Below, piece after piece: positions 27,789-36,281 of a stretch of 64,000 nt of DNA. The position numbers and the translations under genes were made by a program. The notes below the pieces were generated by a model that ran no database searches, was not told where the DNA came from, and saw only the letters and a program-made list of their open reading frames with translations. Numbering within the stretch: the first letter of the stretch is position 1; each line of letters opens with the position of its first letter. This DNA is from Alphaproteobacteria bacterium (GTDB taxonomy: Bacteria; Pseudomonadota; Alphaproteobacteria; Rs-D84). The DNA lies in the NCBI GenBank assembly GCA_017549445.1, contig JAFYUU010000001.1:16332-80331 (forward strand), in the 5' to 3' direction.

Positions 27789-28397
27789 TTATTTTACAAC
27801 CTGAACACGTTGGCCCTGATCAACATGCGACAAGATTACAATATCGCCATCACGCAGGCCGTTTGTGATATATGCATTTTCAGAATCCTGTTGTGAAACA
27901 GTGACAGTGCGTGCAGACGCAACACCATTATCTACAACCATTACTGTATTGTCCAAGACCGCATACACAGGAACAAAATAACCCGTGGCGGAATATTGGG
28001 CATACTGCAAACCGTCCGACACACCAGATGTGCGAACAACGTGCATACCACTGTCCCAATCAATGTTTGATGATACAGACACAATCTTGCCGTCCCCTAT
28101 TTTTTGACCGGGACGCAGTTTTGATGCACGGGCCCCAGACACCAATGCACGGTTATTTTTTACAGATACAGGTTCACGCAAAACACCATCTTTGCGTTCA
28201 ACCGTTATTGCATGCACAGGTGTGCCATGTTCAATGGCGACACGTGATGCGTTAAATACGTGGCGAGAATTTTCTTCAGCCACCGCTGCAAAGCGAAACA
28301 CAACCCAACCAATCAATGCAACAAACAACAAGATTGTTGTAAATCGTTTCGTCTTTTTTGTTCCAAGTGCTTCTTTTACTTTTTCCATTTTTTTCAC
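27789..28397 (-). CDS. Efflux periplasmic adaptor (MFP)-like protein, unusually short
   Basis: 202 aa with an N-terminal TM anchor, then beta-rich segments (GQKIGDGKIVSVSSNIDWDSGMHVV; YFVPVYAVLDNTVMVVDNGVASARTVTV; DGDIVILS). Sits between the tolC-like and RND genes. Confidence 0.65.
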   Translation of the reverse strand: MKKMEKVKEALGTKKTKRFTTILLFVALIGWVVFRFAAVAEENSRHVFNASRVAIEHGTPVHAITVERKDGVLREPVSVKNNRALVSGARASKLRPGQKIGDGKIVSVSSNIDWDSGMHVVRTSGVSDGLQYAQYSATGYFVPVYAVLDNTVMVVDNGVASARTVTVSQQDSENAYITNGLRDGDIVILSHVDQGQRVQVVK

Positions 28398-28407
28398 CCA
28401 TTATAAA

Positions 28408-29742
28408 TTAGTTTGCCAGTTTCTTGATTGACTGTTCTGACATTAAAATATTGTATTTCATATTTAACAGTGCCATATCCAACTGATACAGGCCGGCGGA
28501 CACATCCGCCAATTCAACCGCAGACGTTTGACCTGCACCAAATCTGTCCTGGGAAAACTGATATGCCTTGGCCGCCAGGTCTCGAGCATCTTCCAATTTT
28601 GCCAGATTACCACGCAGATGATTATACTGCTTGATGGCATTGTCATATTTTTCCGAAGTCAATTTGCGGGATTTATCTAAATCCTGACGAACGGCTTCGG
28701 CATTCATGGCCTGGATTGTGGCATTGGCACGGTTCAGACCACCTGAAAAGATTGGAACCTGCAATGCGACACCAACCGATGCGGACTGAGATCCCTTGGT
28801 ATCAAACATATGTCCAATGTCACCCGCCATGGAATAATAACTGTATGATGCAGTGGCCGCCAATGTTGGATAGGCGTTTGCACGCTGGGAACGGGCATTG
28901 CGTTCATACATATTTATTTGTTCTGTTAAGATATCCCATTCTGGGGTTGATTCCAGTTTTTCTGGCACAGACAATGGACCAAAGGTTTGTGGGAACTGGT
29001 CAGTTAAAATTAGTTCTTCGTCTAAATCAATCCCCGCCATGATTTTCAACATTCTGTGTGCGGTATCACGATTAAATTTCGCATCAGACAAATTGATTTC
29101 TTTGGACGCAATATCTGATTCAATTTTAACCAGATTACTGCGGTTGGCACGACCTGCCGCCGTTAAACGACGACGGGCAGAACGGGCGTTGTTCAAATCA
29201 TTTTGTGCCAGGGCAACAATTTCATCGGTCATTTTGGCCGTCCAATACAGGTTAGCACCGGCATAGGCAACCTCGCGACGGGTCAATTCACGGGAAGAAT
29301 CTGCCATCTTGATTGCAGATTTTACCGATTTGACCGCATTGCCGATTTTGCCAAACGTATAGATTGGCTGGGTCAAAGACAGACCGGCCGTGAATATATT
29401 GTCCGGCATTTCAAATGATATAGATTGACCGTCCAATTCAGCCGACAACATACCACCCAATTCTGGTGGCAGGGTTATCGCACGTGAAGAAAATGGCTTT
29501 TCCACATTTACCATATTGCTGTAAGATACGGTTCCGTCCAACTTGAACCAACGATTTGCATTTACCGCATCTAATTGTGCCTGGGCCCGGTCAACGTTGG
29601 CGTTGGCACGTTTCAGATCATTAGATTCGGCAATCACACGTTCAACCGCATCTGACAAAGACAAATCCAGTGCATACGACGGCGTGACAATTACCCCCAT
29701 ACAAATCGCCGATATAAAAGATACCACTGCTGATTTACGCAT
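28408..29742 (-). CDS. TolC-family outer-membrane efflux protein
   Basis: 444 aa with a signal peptide. N-terminal LSLSDAVERVIAESNDLKRANANVDRAQAQLD and a two-repeat OEP architecture. Confidence 0.88.
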   Translation of the reverse strand: MRKSAVVSFISAICMGVIVTPSYALDLSLSDAVERVIAESNDLKRANANVDRAQAQLDAVNANRWFKLDGTVSYSNMVNVEKPFSSRAITLPPELGGMLSAELDGQSISFEMPDNIFTAGLSLTQPIYTFGKIGNAVKSVKSAIKMADSSRELTRREVAYAGANLYWTAKMTDEIVALAQNDLNNARSARRRLTAAGRANRSNLVKIESDIASKEINLSDAKFNRDTAHRMLKIMAGIDLDEELILTDQFPQTFGPLSVPEKLESTPEWDILTEQINMYERNARSQRANAYPTLAATASYSYYSMAGDIGHMFDTKGSQSASVGVALQVPIFSGGLNRANATIQAMNAEAVRQDLDKSRKLTSEKYDNAIKQYNHLRGNLAKLEDARDLAAKAYQFSQDRFGAGQTSAVELADVSAGLYQLDMALLNMKYNILMSEQSIKKLAN

Positions 29743-30184
29743 TACCCTTCTCCATCTTGGTTAAAATTTTATTCATTGTTTTCAGTGCCGACGTCAATTC
29801 CATTTCATCTTCATGTGACAGGCCAGAAAACATCTTTTCAACGCCATTGCGAAATGTATCCATTGCATCAGATGCCAATTTTGCACCAGCATCCGTCACA
29901 GAATACCATGTATTACGGCGATCATGTTCGTCAACCGTGCGTAGCACCAATCCGTCTGTTTCCAATTTGCGAAATAACGCACACAAATTTGGGGCAGACA
30001 CAAATTCACGACGTGCAATGTCTTTGAGCAATGCACGTCCACCCTGGTGCAGGCGAACCAAAATCGACATCTGTTGACGTGGAAAACCCGATAACTGCGA
30101 CTGATCAATACGCAGACGATCGGCATATTTATCCAACAGCCATATATTCGATTCCATAAGACGAACAAATTCCTTGCGTGACAT
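29735..30184 (-). CDS. MarR-family transcriptional regulator
   Basis: 149 aa with a winged helix (QMSILVRLHQGGRALLKDIARREFVSAPNLCALFRKLETDGLVLRTVDEHDRR). Overlaps the tolC-like start by 8 nt. Confidence 0.88.
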   Translation of the reverse strand: MSRKEFVRLMESNIWLLDKYADRLRIDQSQLSGFPRQQMSILVRLHQGGRALLKDIARREFVSAPNLCALFRKLETDGLVLRTVDEHDRRNTWYSVTDAGAKLASDAMDTFRNGVEKMFSGLSHEDEMELTSALKTMNKILTKMEKGNA

Positions 30185-30340
30185 TTTATTTTCCTTTATA
30201 ATTGATAGGATTGCAAAAACGTTAAAAATCTTAATTATTATAAATATGAATAATTTTTTTTCAAGTGCTTTTTTCAGAAAATTTTATTTTTTTTCTAAAA
30301 TTCTGTGTCTCAAGCCAATAATAAATATCACACCAAGTTT

Positions 30341-30368
30341 TTGACAATCGGATTTTCGGGGATATAAT
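30341..30368 (+). promoter_or_regulatory. Perfect-consensus sigma-70 promoter (TTGACA-16-TATAAT) directly upstream of the 30378 ATG
   Basis: TTGACA 30341-30346, 16-nt spacer, TATAAT 30363-30368. The ATG begins 10 nt after the -10 box and there is no SD sequence. Confidence 0.6.
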
Positions 30369-30377
30369 TGGGCTGAT

Positions 30378-31760
30378 ATGACCAAGTTTTTGGATACTGA
30401 CAAATTTTTCTATCATGGAACACGGGCAGAATTTGATACCTTTCGCCCGCTGTCGCATTTTGGGTCTTTGCGGGCGGCACAACATATTCTGACACGGCCA
30501 CAAACACTGGAAGAAGAAGCGTTTGATTTTTTGAGTTCTAAAATTAGGCAAATGTTTTCCAAAACATGCCTGAACGAACACGAAAAGAAAATTATCCCTG
30601 TAAAACTGAACCTGACCAATACATACGAATTACAGGACAAGCACGCCGTTCACGATTATAAATACTATTACGATACTATGTGCCACCACGTGACACAGGA
30701 TTTGGGGTTGGACGGAATCCCAAAGTTCGTTGACGTTATATTTATGGAACCGTTTTCTATGTCAGATTCCGCGGTGATTTCGGAACTGATGACGGACAAC
30801 CTGTATTTGCCAACAACAAACAGATATGAAAATGTAAATCATTTAACTGCCCAGCGAATGATTCACTATTTCGAAACAATGGGATACGACGGATTCCACT
30901 ATGTCAATATGCATGAAGATATTGGACACATATCTTATATTCCGTTTAGACCATGCAACATCATTCGACAAGACCGTCAAATCATCGCACCAGAAAAACC
31001 AAACACTATTATCACCGCACACTATGACACGGACGATATTCGTCAGGCAACATGGGGCGAAAATTGGGCCATACGACACGAGAAAAAATTTCACACCCAG
31101 GTGCAACAATATCAACAAAATTTGCTCTGCCCAAATTTGATTGCCGATAAACAGGACACAAAAGAATACTGGGTGCGGATATTAGAAACAGATTTATTGC
31201 CAAAACTGGAAAAAATAACAAACCAGTCCAGATATGGGTATCACGGTCTGACACATACGGAACAGGTTGCACTTTACGGGATTGACATTGCGATTGCGTG
31301 CCAATGCGATGTATTGCCAGTGCTGTTGGCGTGCGGACTGCACGACGTGGCACGAACAAACGATAAATACTGCGAAGAGCACGGGCCACGTGCCGTGCCA
31401 ATCGGGGATAAATTTATTACACAGCATTACCCAAATATGCTGCCAGCAGAAAAGAATAAAATTCTGAATGCGGTGCGTAATCATACCATCGGACGCAAGG
31501 CCCCAGATATAATTTCTGCGTGTCTGTGGGACGCAGACAGAATACGTCTGTCGTGGGAATATGGATTCAGACCTGAATTCTTTTCGACTAAATTTGGTTT
31601 GCATCTGGCGGGGCTGGACAAAGAAGAACAAAAAGAATACATAAAAAATCAAAATAATATGCTGGTCAGATTGGGGTTAAAAACCAAGAAACAAATTGCA
31701 CACGAGCAAAGAATAAACGCAATTCAACGTGATACGGTTTTCAGCCCCAAGACCAAATAA
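30378..31760 (+). CDS. Hypothetical two-domain protein: N-terminal ART-like (tentative) plus C-terminal HD-domain phosphohydrolase
   Basis: 460 aa with no signal peptide. The C-terminal part carries HD motifs (YHGLTHTEQV...LLACGLHDVARTND...CLWDADRIRL). The N-terminal part has FYHGTRAEFDTFRPLSHFGSLRAA and YDGFHYVNMHEDIGHISYIPFRP, reminiscent of H-Y-E ADP-ribosyltransferase-like modules of polyvalent proteins. Confidence 0.6.
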   Translation: MTKFLDTDKFFYHGTRAEFDTFRPLSHFGSLRAAQHILTRPQTLEEEAFDFLSSKIRQMFSKTCLNEHEKKIIPVKLNLTNTYELQDKHAVHDYKYYYDTMCHHVTQDLGLDGIPKFVDVIFMEPFSMSDSAVISELMTDNLYLPTTNRYENVNHLTAQRMIHYFETMGYDGFHYVNMHEDIGHISYIPFRPCNIIRQDRQIIAPEKPNTIITAHYDTDDIRQATWGENWAIRHEKKFHTQVQQYQQNLLCPNLIADKQDTKEYWVRILETDLLPKLEKITNQSRYGYHGLTHTEQVALYGIDIAIACQCDVLPVLLACGLHDVARTNDKYCEEHGPRAVPIGDKFITQHYPNMLPAEKNKILNAVRNHTIGRKAPDIISACLWDADRIRLSWEYGFRPEFFSTKFGLHLAGLDKEEQKEYIKNQNNMLVRLGLKTKKQIAHEQRINAIQRDTVFSPKTK

Positions 31761-31808
31761 TAAAACACTTGCAAAAAGCGGAAATATAAGTATAATCATT
31801 GTCGCTAT

Positions 31809-31882
31809 TGGGGTGTCGTCTAATGGTAGGACAAGAGATTTTGGTTCTCTTTATCATGGTTCGAATCCGTGCGCCCCAACCA
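31809..31882 (+). tRNA. tRNA-Gln (anticodon UUG), CCA end encoded
   Basis: Hand-folded: acceptor TGGGGTG/CGCCCCA, anticodon stem AGAGA/TCTCT with loop TTTTGGT, T-arm CATGG-TTCGAAT-CCGTG, discriminator A plus CCA. Confidence 0.9.
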
Positions 31883-31891
31883 GAAATTAAA

Positions 31892-31915
31892 TCGCCCTTG
31901 TAGGGCGGTTTTTTG
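31892..31915 (+). terminator. Rho-independent terminator after tRNA-Gln
   Basis: Stem CGCCC/GGGCG with a TTGTA loop, followed by GTTTTTTG. Confidence 0.7.
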
Positions 31916-31992
31916 TTGATTTTGGTGGGGCTTTTCGGCATCATCTGTATCAGTGGGGGACTGGGGACGAGCAACAAACGGATAATCGGGTT

Positions 31993-32778
31993 ATGGACAC
32001 GTTGAAAATTACGCTAAATTCGTCTTGGTTACGGTTGCACAAATCCATCGCAACACCAGTCAATTTCTTGTTCAAATCTAAACACGAACGTGAACAGCAC
32101 AGATACGAAGAATGTTTATTCCTGACACAATCTGGGAATAATTTAATCTATACAACCCTGACGGGGCGGTATGCCGTCCAACAATGGGAAGCGGTCGATT
32201 TCGACCTGCCATGGCCCATAACCATCAACACGGCAACTGTGCCGTATAAAATAAAAAGCAATCGGGCATGTTTGGAAATCCCGTCTTGCACAGGTTCGGC
32301 ATTAGAAACATTCTATGACACAAATCGCCCTGCGTTTATCAAAGGTTCTGATTTACAAACAACGATTATCGCAATTGATGGGCGACGTGCAAACATTGAA
32401 TTTATCAAGCCATATGGGCGGTTAGACAAACTGAATCAGATTATTAAAACGGTTGAGGAAAATCCCTTTACCGATTCCAATCAATATCAATGGTTCACAC
32501 GGGACAACGGGGGTAAAATTGACTATTGCGAAATCAGCAAAATTTATAAAACTGTCCTGGGGCAAGACGTCTTCGAATACGAATATCTGCGTTATCCAGG
32601 TGACACGATAATAATGCAACGCATCAATGAACTGCACAAAGCGGTGGACCGTTATGGCACGCTGGAACGAGTGGTAGAAAATGGATTTGATGAATTCACG
32701 TATCGTTTGCCAATCGCATTATTCAAGAAGGCAACACAAACTGTTATCTGGCAAGGCATTCCCGTGCGGGTTAGATAA
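31993..32778 (+). CDS. Hypothetical protein (261 aa)
   Basis: Long ORF in an otherwise unoccupied interval. No signal peptide, TM helix or recognisable motif, and the RBS is weak. Confidence 0.5.
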   Translation: MDTLKITLNSSWLRLHKSIATPVNFLFKSKHEREQHRYEECLFLTQSGNNLIYTTLTGRYAVQQWEAVDFDLPWPITINTATVPYKIKSNRACLEIPSCTGSALETFYDTNRPAFIKGSDLQTTIIAIDGRRANIEFIKPYGRLDKLNQIIKTVEENPFTDSNQYQWFTRDNGGKIDYCEISKIYKTVLGQDVFEYEYLRYPGDTIIMQRINELHKAVDRYGTLERVVENGFDEFTYRLPIALFKKATQTVIWQGIPVRVR

Positions 32779-32793
32779 TTTATTTAGAAGATA

Positions 32794-33717
32794 CTAGTTG
32801 AACAAAATACTGTTGGGGCCTTGAAAATCCTTGCCCAGTAGGTTTACCGTCCCTACACTTTCCGCATGATAACGACCACCAATAAAGCCACTGCCGTGTG
32901 TCATTACCCCCATAGTATCACCAGAAACATTGAAAACGCCACCACCGGAATTGCCACTCCAGGCCTGACAATCAGTCAAGATACCATCGCTACTGTATCT
33001 GCAACGCGATTCCTTCAGATTTGCAGTGTCTCGCAATATATCGTTACGATAAGCAGAATCTAGTTGACGGATAAATGATGCACCATCAGGCATATACACA
33101 CCAAAGGTAGATGCTTCAGATGATATTTCTTTAATCTCGGGCGAGGCGGGATTGTGTTCTTTTAAATATTGGACATATTTCTCTTTAAGTTCCCAAATTT
33201 CTGTGTCACTCATCACCCTTAACGCACCGTGACCAATCACACGAACGTCATAATTGACGATGAACGAACCACGGGGTGCACGTGCAATTTGAACATGCGG
33301 AACTTCATCGGATTCTGGAACAGTATACACAGCCCAATCCCCCAGAAAATCCATAACATTATCGCCCAACTTGTGCTTGTGAACAGCGATTATTTTACCA
33401 CTGGACGTTTTTATATTGATTGTAGCATACGGTATGTTTTTGCGATCCACTGCACAATGTCTGGCTGTAATCATGTATAATTTTTTTTGATGCCGGACAA
33501 TTGTTCCTGTGCAATACACAAAATTACCATTTTCAATCAATGCCACAACCGAACTATACGGCACTGTCGAACGTTGACTGGCAGACACATAACAACGTCT
33601 ATCAATGGTGTATTTGTCTGGATCGGAACAGCCATCAGTGGCACCCGCATGTAAAATGCCTGGACATAGCAATACAAAAAGCATACACCGAATATTCACG
33701 GTATCATATTTTATCAT
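32794..33717 (-). CDS. Secreted trypsin-like serine protease (S1 family)
   Basis: Signal peptide (CMLFVLLCPGILHAGA). Catalytic His context ITARHC and catalytic Ser context WSGNSGGGVF. Confidence 0.75.
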   Translation of the reverse strand: MIKYDTVNIRCMLFVLLCPGILHAGATDGCSDPDKYTIDRRCYVSASQRSTVPYSSVVALIENGNFVYCTGTIVRHQKKLYMITARHCAVDRKNIPYATINIKTSSGKIIAVHKHKLGDNVMDFLGDWAVYTVPESDEVPHVQIARAPRGSFIVNYDVRVIGHGALRVMSDTEIWELKEKYVQYLKEHNPASPEIKEISSEASTFGVYMPDGASFIRQLDSAYRNDILRDTANLKESRCRYSSDGILTDCQAWSGNSGGGVFNVSGDTMGVMTHGSGFIGGRYHAESVGTVNLLGKDFQGPNSILFN

Positions 33718-33763
33718 ACTTTGAAGAATTTATAAACCTTATTTCTTTTTTTATGATTATGTG

Positions 33764-33883
33764 AAGCAAAACAGCATTGTTGGTGCATGCAGTTTGGTAA
33801 ATAAAAAGTTCTTTGATGAAAATGTTATTCTGGTTGGGATACCTGCCCAGGTTAAAAAGCACGGCATCCAATGGGAAAGATGA
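33764..33883 (+). pseudogene. Remnant of the 3' end of a left-handed beta-helix (hexapeptide-repeat) acetyltransferase gene
   Basis: The frame reads KQNSIVGACSLVNKKFFDENVILVGIPAQVKKHGIQWER-stop. This matches the usual C-terminus of LbH acetyltransferases (..S.IGAGSVVTKD.P.N.V..G.PA..IK). A stop codon lies 13 codons upstream, and there is no start codon or N-terminal part. Confidence 0.4.
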
Positions 33884-33954
33884 TTTATAAAAATCCAAGG
33901 CAATAAAACTTGTCTTGCGGGGTGGGGATAAATGTTTCATACTGATAGGCAGAG

Positions 33955-35280
33955 ATGAAAAAATATTGTATCCCGATTTTCTTGATTTGTATCACGACTT
34001 TCTGTAAAGCAAAACAGATTGAGATGACACCAGTTCAGGCAATTAAAACCGCTGGTGAATTTATTGATGTGGGGGACATGGAAAATGCCTGGCAGATTTT
34101 AACACTGATGCCAGAAACGAACAATCAGGCAATCGAGATTGAAAGAAAATTCTTGAAAGCACAAATCCTGCAACAGCAAGGCGACCCACAGGGGGCCATA
34201 AAATTATATCAACAGATTTTAGATAAAAATCCAGAACTGGCACGGGTGCGGTTCGAGTTGGCAGTATGCTATATGCAAACAAAACAATGGCAACGGGCCG
34301 ATTGGCACCTGCGGTTGGCAATGGCGGACGATGCACTGGGGACTGATGCAAAACAGGTCATGAACGCATACAGATATATTGTGCGACAAAACAAACGGTG
34401 GAACGTATGGTTTAATGTTGGACTGGCCCCCGATAACAACATAAACAATTCCGTTGCTGGACAAGAATGCGTGTCCACAATCGTGGGGCCTGTGTGCAAC
34501 AGATTGAACAAGCCGGAATCTAGCATCGGATACAATGCAACAGTGGGTGGTAATCACGAATTTGTCTTATCTGGTCGGTGGCGATGGAAGTCACAGGCAA
34601 ATTTAGACACAAACATTTATCATAAACATAAATTCGATGAATTACATATTTCTGCCCAGACGGGCCCAAGATTTATCTGGGAAAACGGGGACGTGTGGTT
34701 AGCAGGAACAATCGGACGCAGATGGTATGGTTGGGAAAGATATAACTGGTATGCAGGGGCAAAAATTGCAGGGCAATTTGATTTATCAAATAAACTGGGG
34801 TTGGGGTTGAATCTGCAATTCACAAACAACAAATATGATTTATATGATGAATTCTTTTCAGGACAAACCTATTCGGCAAACATACATACAATGTACGCAT
34901 TTAATTCCAGTATCTACACCGTATTCAAGACAGGAATAATTCGGGAAAATGCACGTAGTGATATGTATTCTTATACGCAACCATACGTGGCGGTGGGTAT
35001 GGGGGTGCAATTACCATACGGATTTAATGTTTATGCAGAACCTGCGGTGTATCTGTCAAAGTATGACGCACCACAATGGACAATACAAGATAACAACTTT
35101 GCACAAATCACCGAACGAAATCAGACATGGCGATATATGTTGGCGATTTCCAACAATAATATCAGGATTTGGAATACTGTGCCGATGATTACATTTGCAT
35201 ACACGAAACGTGATTCTAATATCTGGCAAAGACAATATGAAAAAGCATCGATTGCAATCACACTGACCCAGCGTTTTTAG
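33955..35280 (+). CDS. Slam-like outer-membrane protein (TPR N-domain plus DUF560-type beta-barrel)
   Basis: Signal peptide, then TPR-like helices (AIKLYQQILDKNPELARVRFELAVCYMQTKQWQRADWHLRLA). The C-terminal ~280 aa show an alternating beta-strand pattern (WNVWFNVGLAPDNNINN...) ending in the aromatic terminus TLTQRF. Confidence 0.6.
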   Translation: MKKYCIPIFLICITTFCKAKQIEMTPVQAIKTAGEFIDVGDMENAWQILTLMPETNNQAIEIERKFLKAQILQQQGDPQGAIKLYQQILDKNPELARVRFELAVCYMQTKQWQRADWHLRLAMADDALGTDAKQVMNAYRYIVRQNKRWNVWFNVGLAPDNNINNSVAGQECVSTIVGPVCNRLNKPESSIGYNATVGGNHEFVLSGRWRWKSQANLDTNIYHKHKFDELHISAQTGPRFIWENGDVWLAGTIGRRWYGWERYNWYAGAKIAGQFDLSNKLGLGLNLQFTNNKYDLYDEFFSGQTYSANIHTMYAFNSSIYTVFKTGIIRENARSDMYSYTQPYVAVGMGVQLPYGFNVYAEPAVYLSKYDAPQWTIQDNNFAQITERNQTWRYMLAISNNNIRIWNTVPMITFAYTKRDSNIWQRQYEKASIAITLTQRF

Positions 35281-35308
35281 TTGACAATTATTTTTACTGT
35301 ATTATAAT
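35281..35308 (+). promoter_or_regulatory. Second perfect-consensus sigma-70 promoter (TTGACA-16-TATAAT) directly upstream of the 35319 ATG
   Basis: TTGACA 35281-35286, 16-nt spacer, TATAAT 35303-35308. The ATG begins 11 nt after the -10 box and there is no SD sequence. The 7-bp inverted repeat TTGACAA (35281-35287) / TTGTCAA (35309-35315) brackets the promoter. Confidence 0.6.
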
Positions 35309-35318
35309 TTGTCAAAAA

Positions 35319-36281
35319 ATGAAAACCAATGCTAATCTTTCCAACCCCCACATCACGCCACACAGTGGTCCACGCCAACGCAATTTGGCGGCCGAGATTG
35401 CACGCAGCAATATCAAATATCTGAAACAGATAATCAACACCACGGACGAAAGGGGAAGAGAAGCATTGGCACCATGTCTTAGCCCCGAGATTTGGGTGAT
35501 GGCAAACAGTTCTTCGCCACAGGAAGTGATAAAAAAACTGGAACTGGCCATAAAACTGGATAAATACAGACCAAGGGATTTGTTTATCGAAATGTTTGCC
35601 ATTCATACAGATTTGGAATATGTCGGGGGCGAATTTTCAACATATAATCCACATCTGGCAAAAATGATGCGAAACATGGTCGCACCGCAACAGATTCTGG
35701 ACGAAATATTGATGGATATTCACACCAGTTGCCTGCAAGTTGCCGAACAATATGCGTTGGATTGGCAATATGTTATACGCAAAAATCAAATTATGATGAT
35801 GCATGCAAAAAAGCAGGGAAAAACGGGCAATAAAGACGCAATGGAACTGTTCTTGGATTCGATAACACAAGATATGCTGGCACTGTATGGTATTCCAGGA
35901 AATTTGCTGGCCGTCAAGGTTGTGGACAGTTGGAATCAGGTGCCCAAACACATGAGAAATAATCTGGATAAACAGGCATATGCTATTTTAACAACGTTCA
36001 AAGGCACTTCTTATGCTGAAATTCATATTCACAGGCAACGTATCTATAACAATAGTCGTGAAACAGACAAGTTCTGTCGGGTAATATCGGCACTGGCACA
36101 CGAATTTGGGCATTACATTGATGAAATTCAACCAAATCATGGGGCACTGGGCGAACAAAAGGCATATCTGGGAAACCTGTTCGATGACGTGGCGGACTAT
36201 GAAGACAAGCCAACCGAAGAAAGTTCCGCATGTATAGGAGAAATAGTTTATCGAAAACTGAGCCAATCAAAGTTAAGATAA
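35319..36281 (+). CDS. Hypothetical protein with C-terminal HExxH zinc-metalloprotease-like motif
   Basis: 320 aa with no signal peptide. The motif ISALAHEFGHYIDE lies ~60 aa from the C-terminus. Confidence 0.55.
   Translation: MKTNANLSNPHITPHSGPRQRNLAAEIARSNIKYLKQIINTTDERGREALAPCLSPEIWVMANSSSPQEVIKKLELAIKLDKYRPRDLFIEMFAIHTDLEYVGGEFSTYNPHLAKMMRNMVAPQQILDEILMDIHTSCLQVAEQYALDWQYVIRKNQIMMMHAKKQGKTGNKDAMELFLDSITQDMLALYGIPGNLLAVKVVDSWNQVPKHMRNNLDKQAYAILTTFKGTSYAEIHIHRQRIYNNSRETDKFCRVISALAHEFGHYIDEIQPNHGALGEQKAYLGNLFDDVADYEDKPTEESSACIGEIVYRKLSQSKLR

Noticed and set aside
33704-33940. A 78-aa minus-strand ORF in the protease/Slam intergenic region.
   Set aside because: It overlaps the protease start and is antisense to the acetyltransferase remnant, which has the recognisable coding signal. 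It has no RBS or motif.
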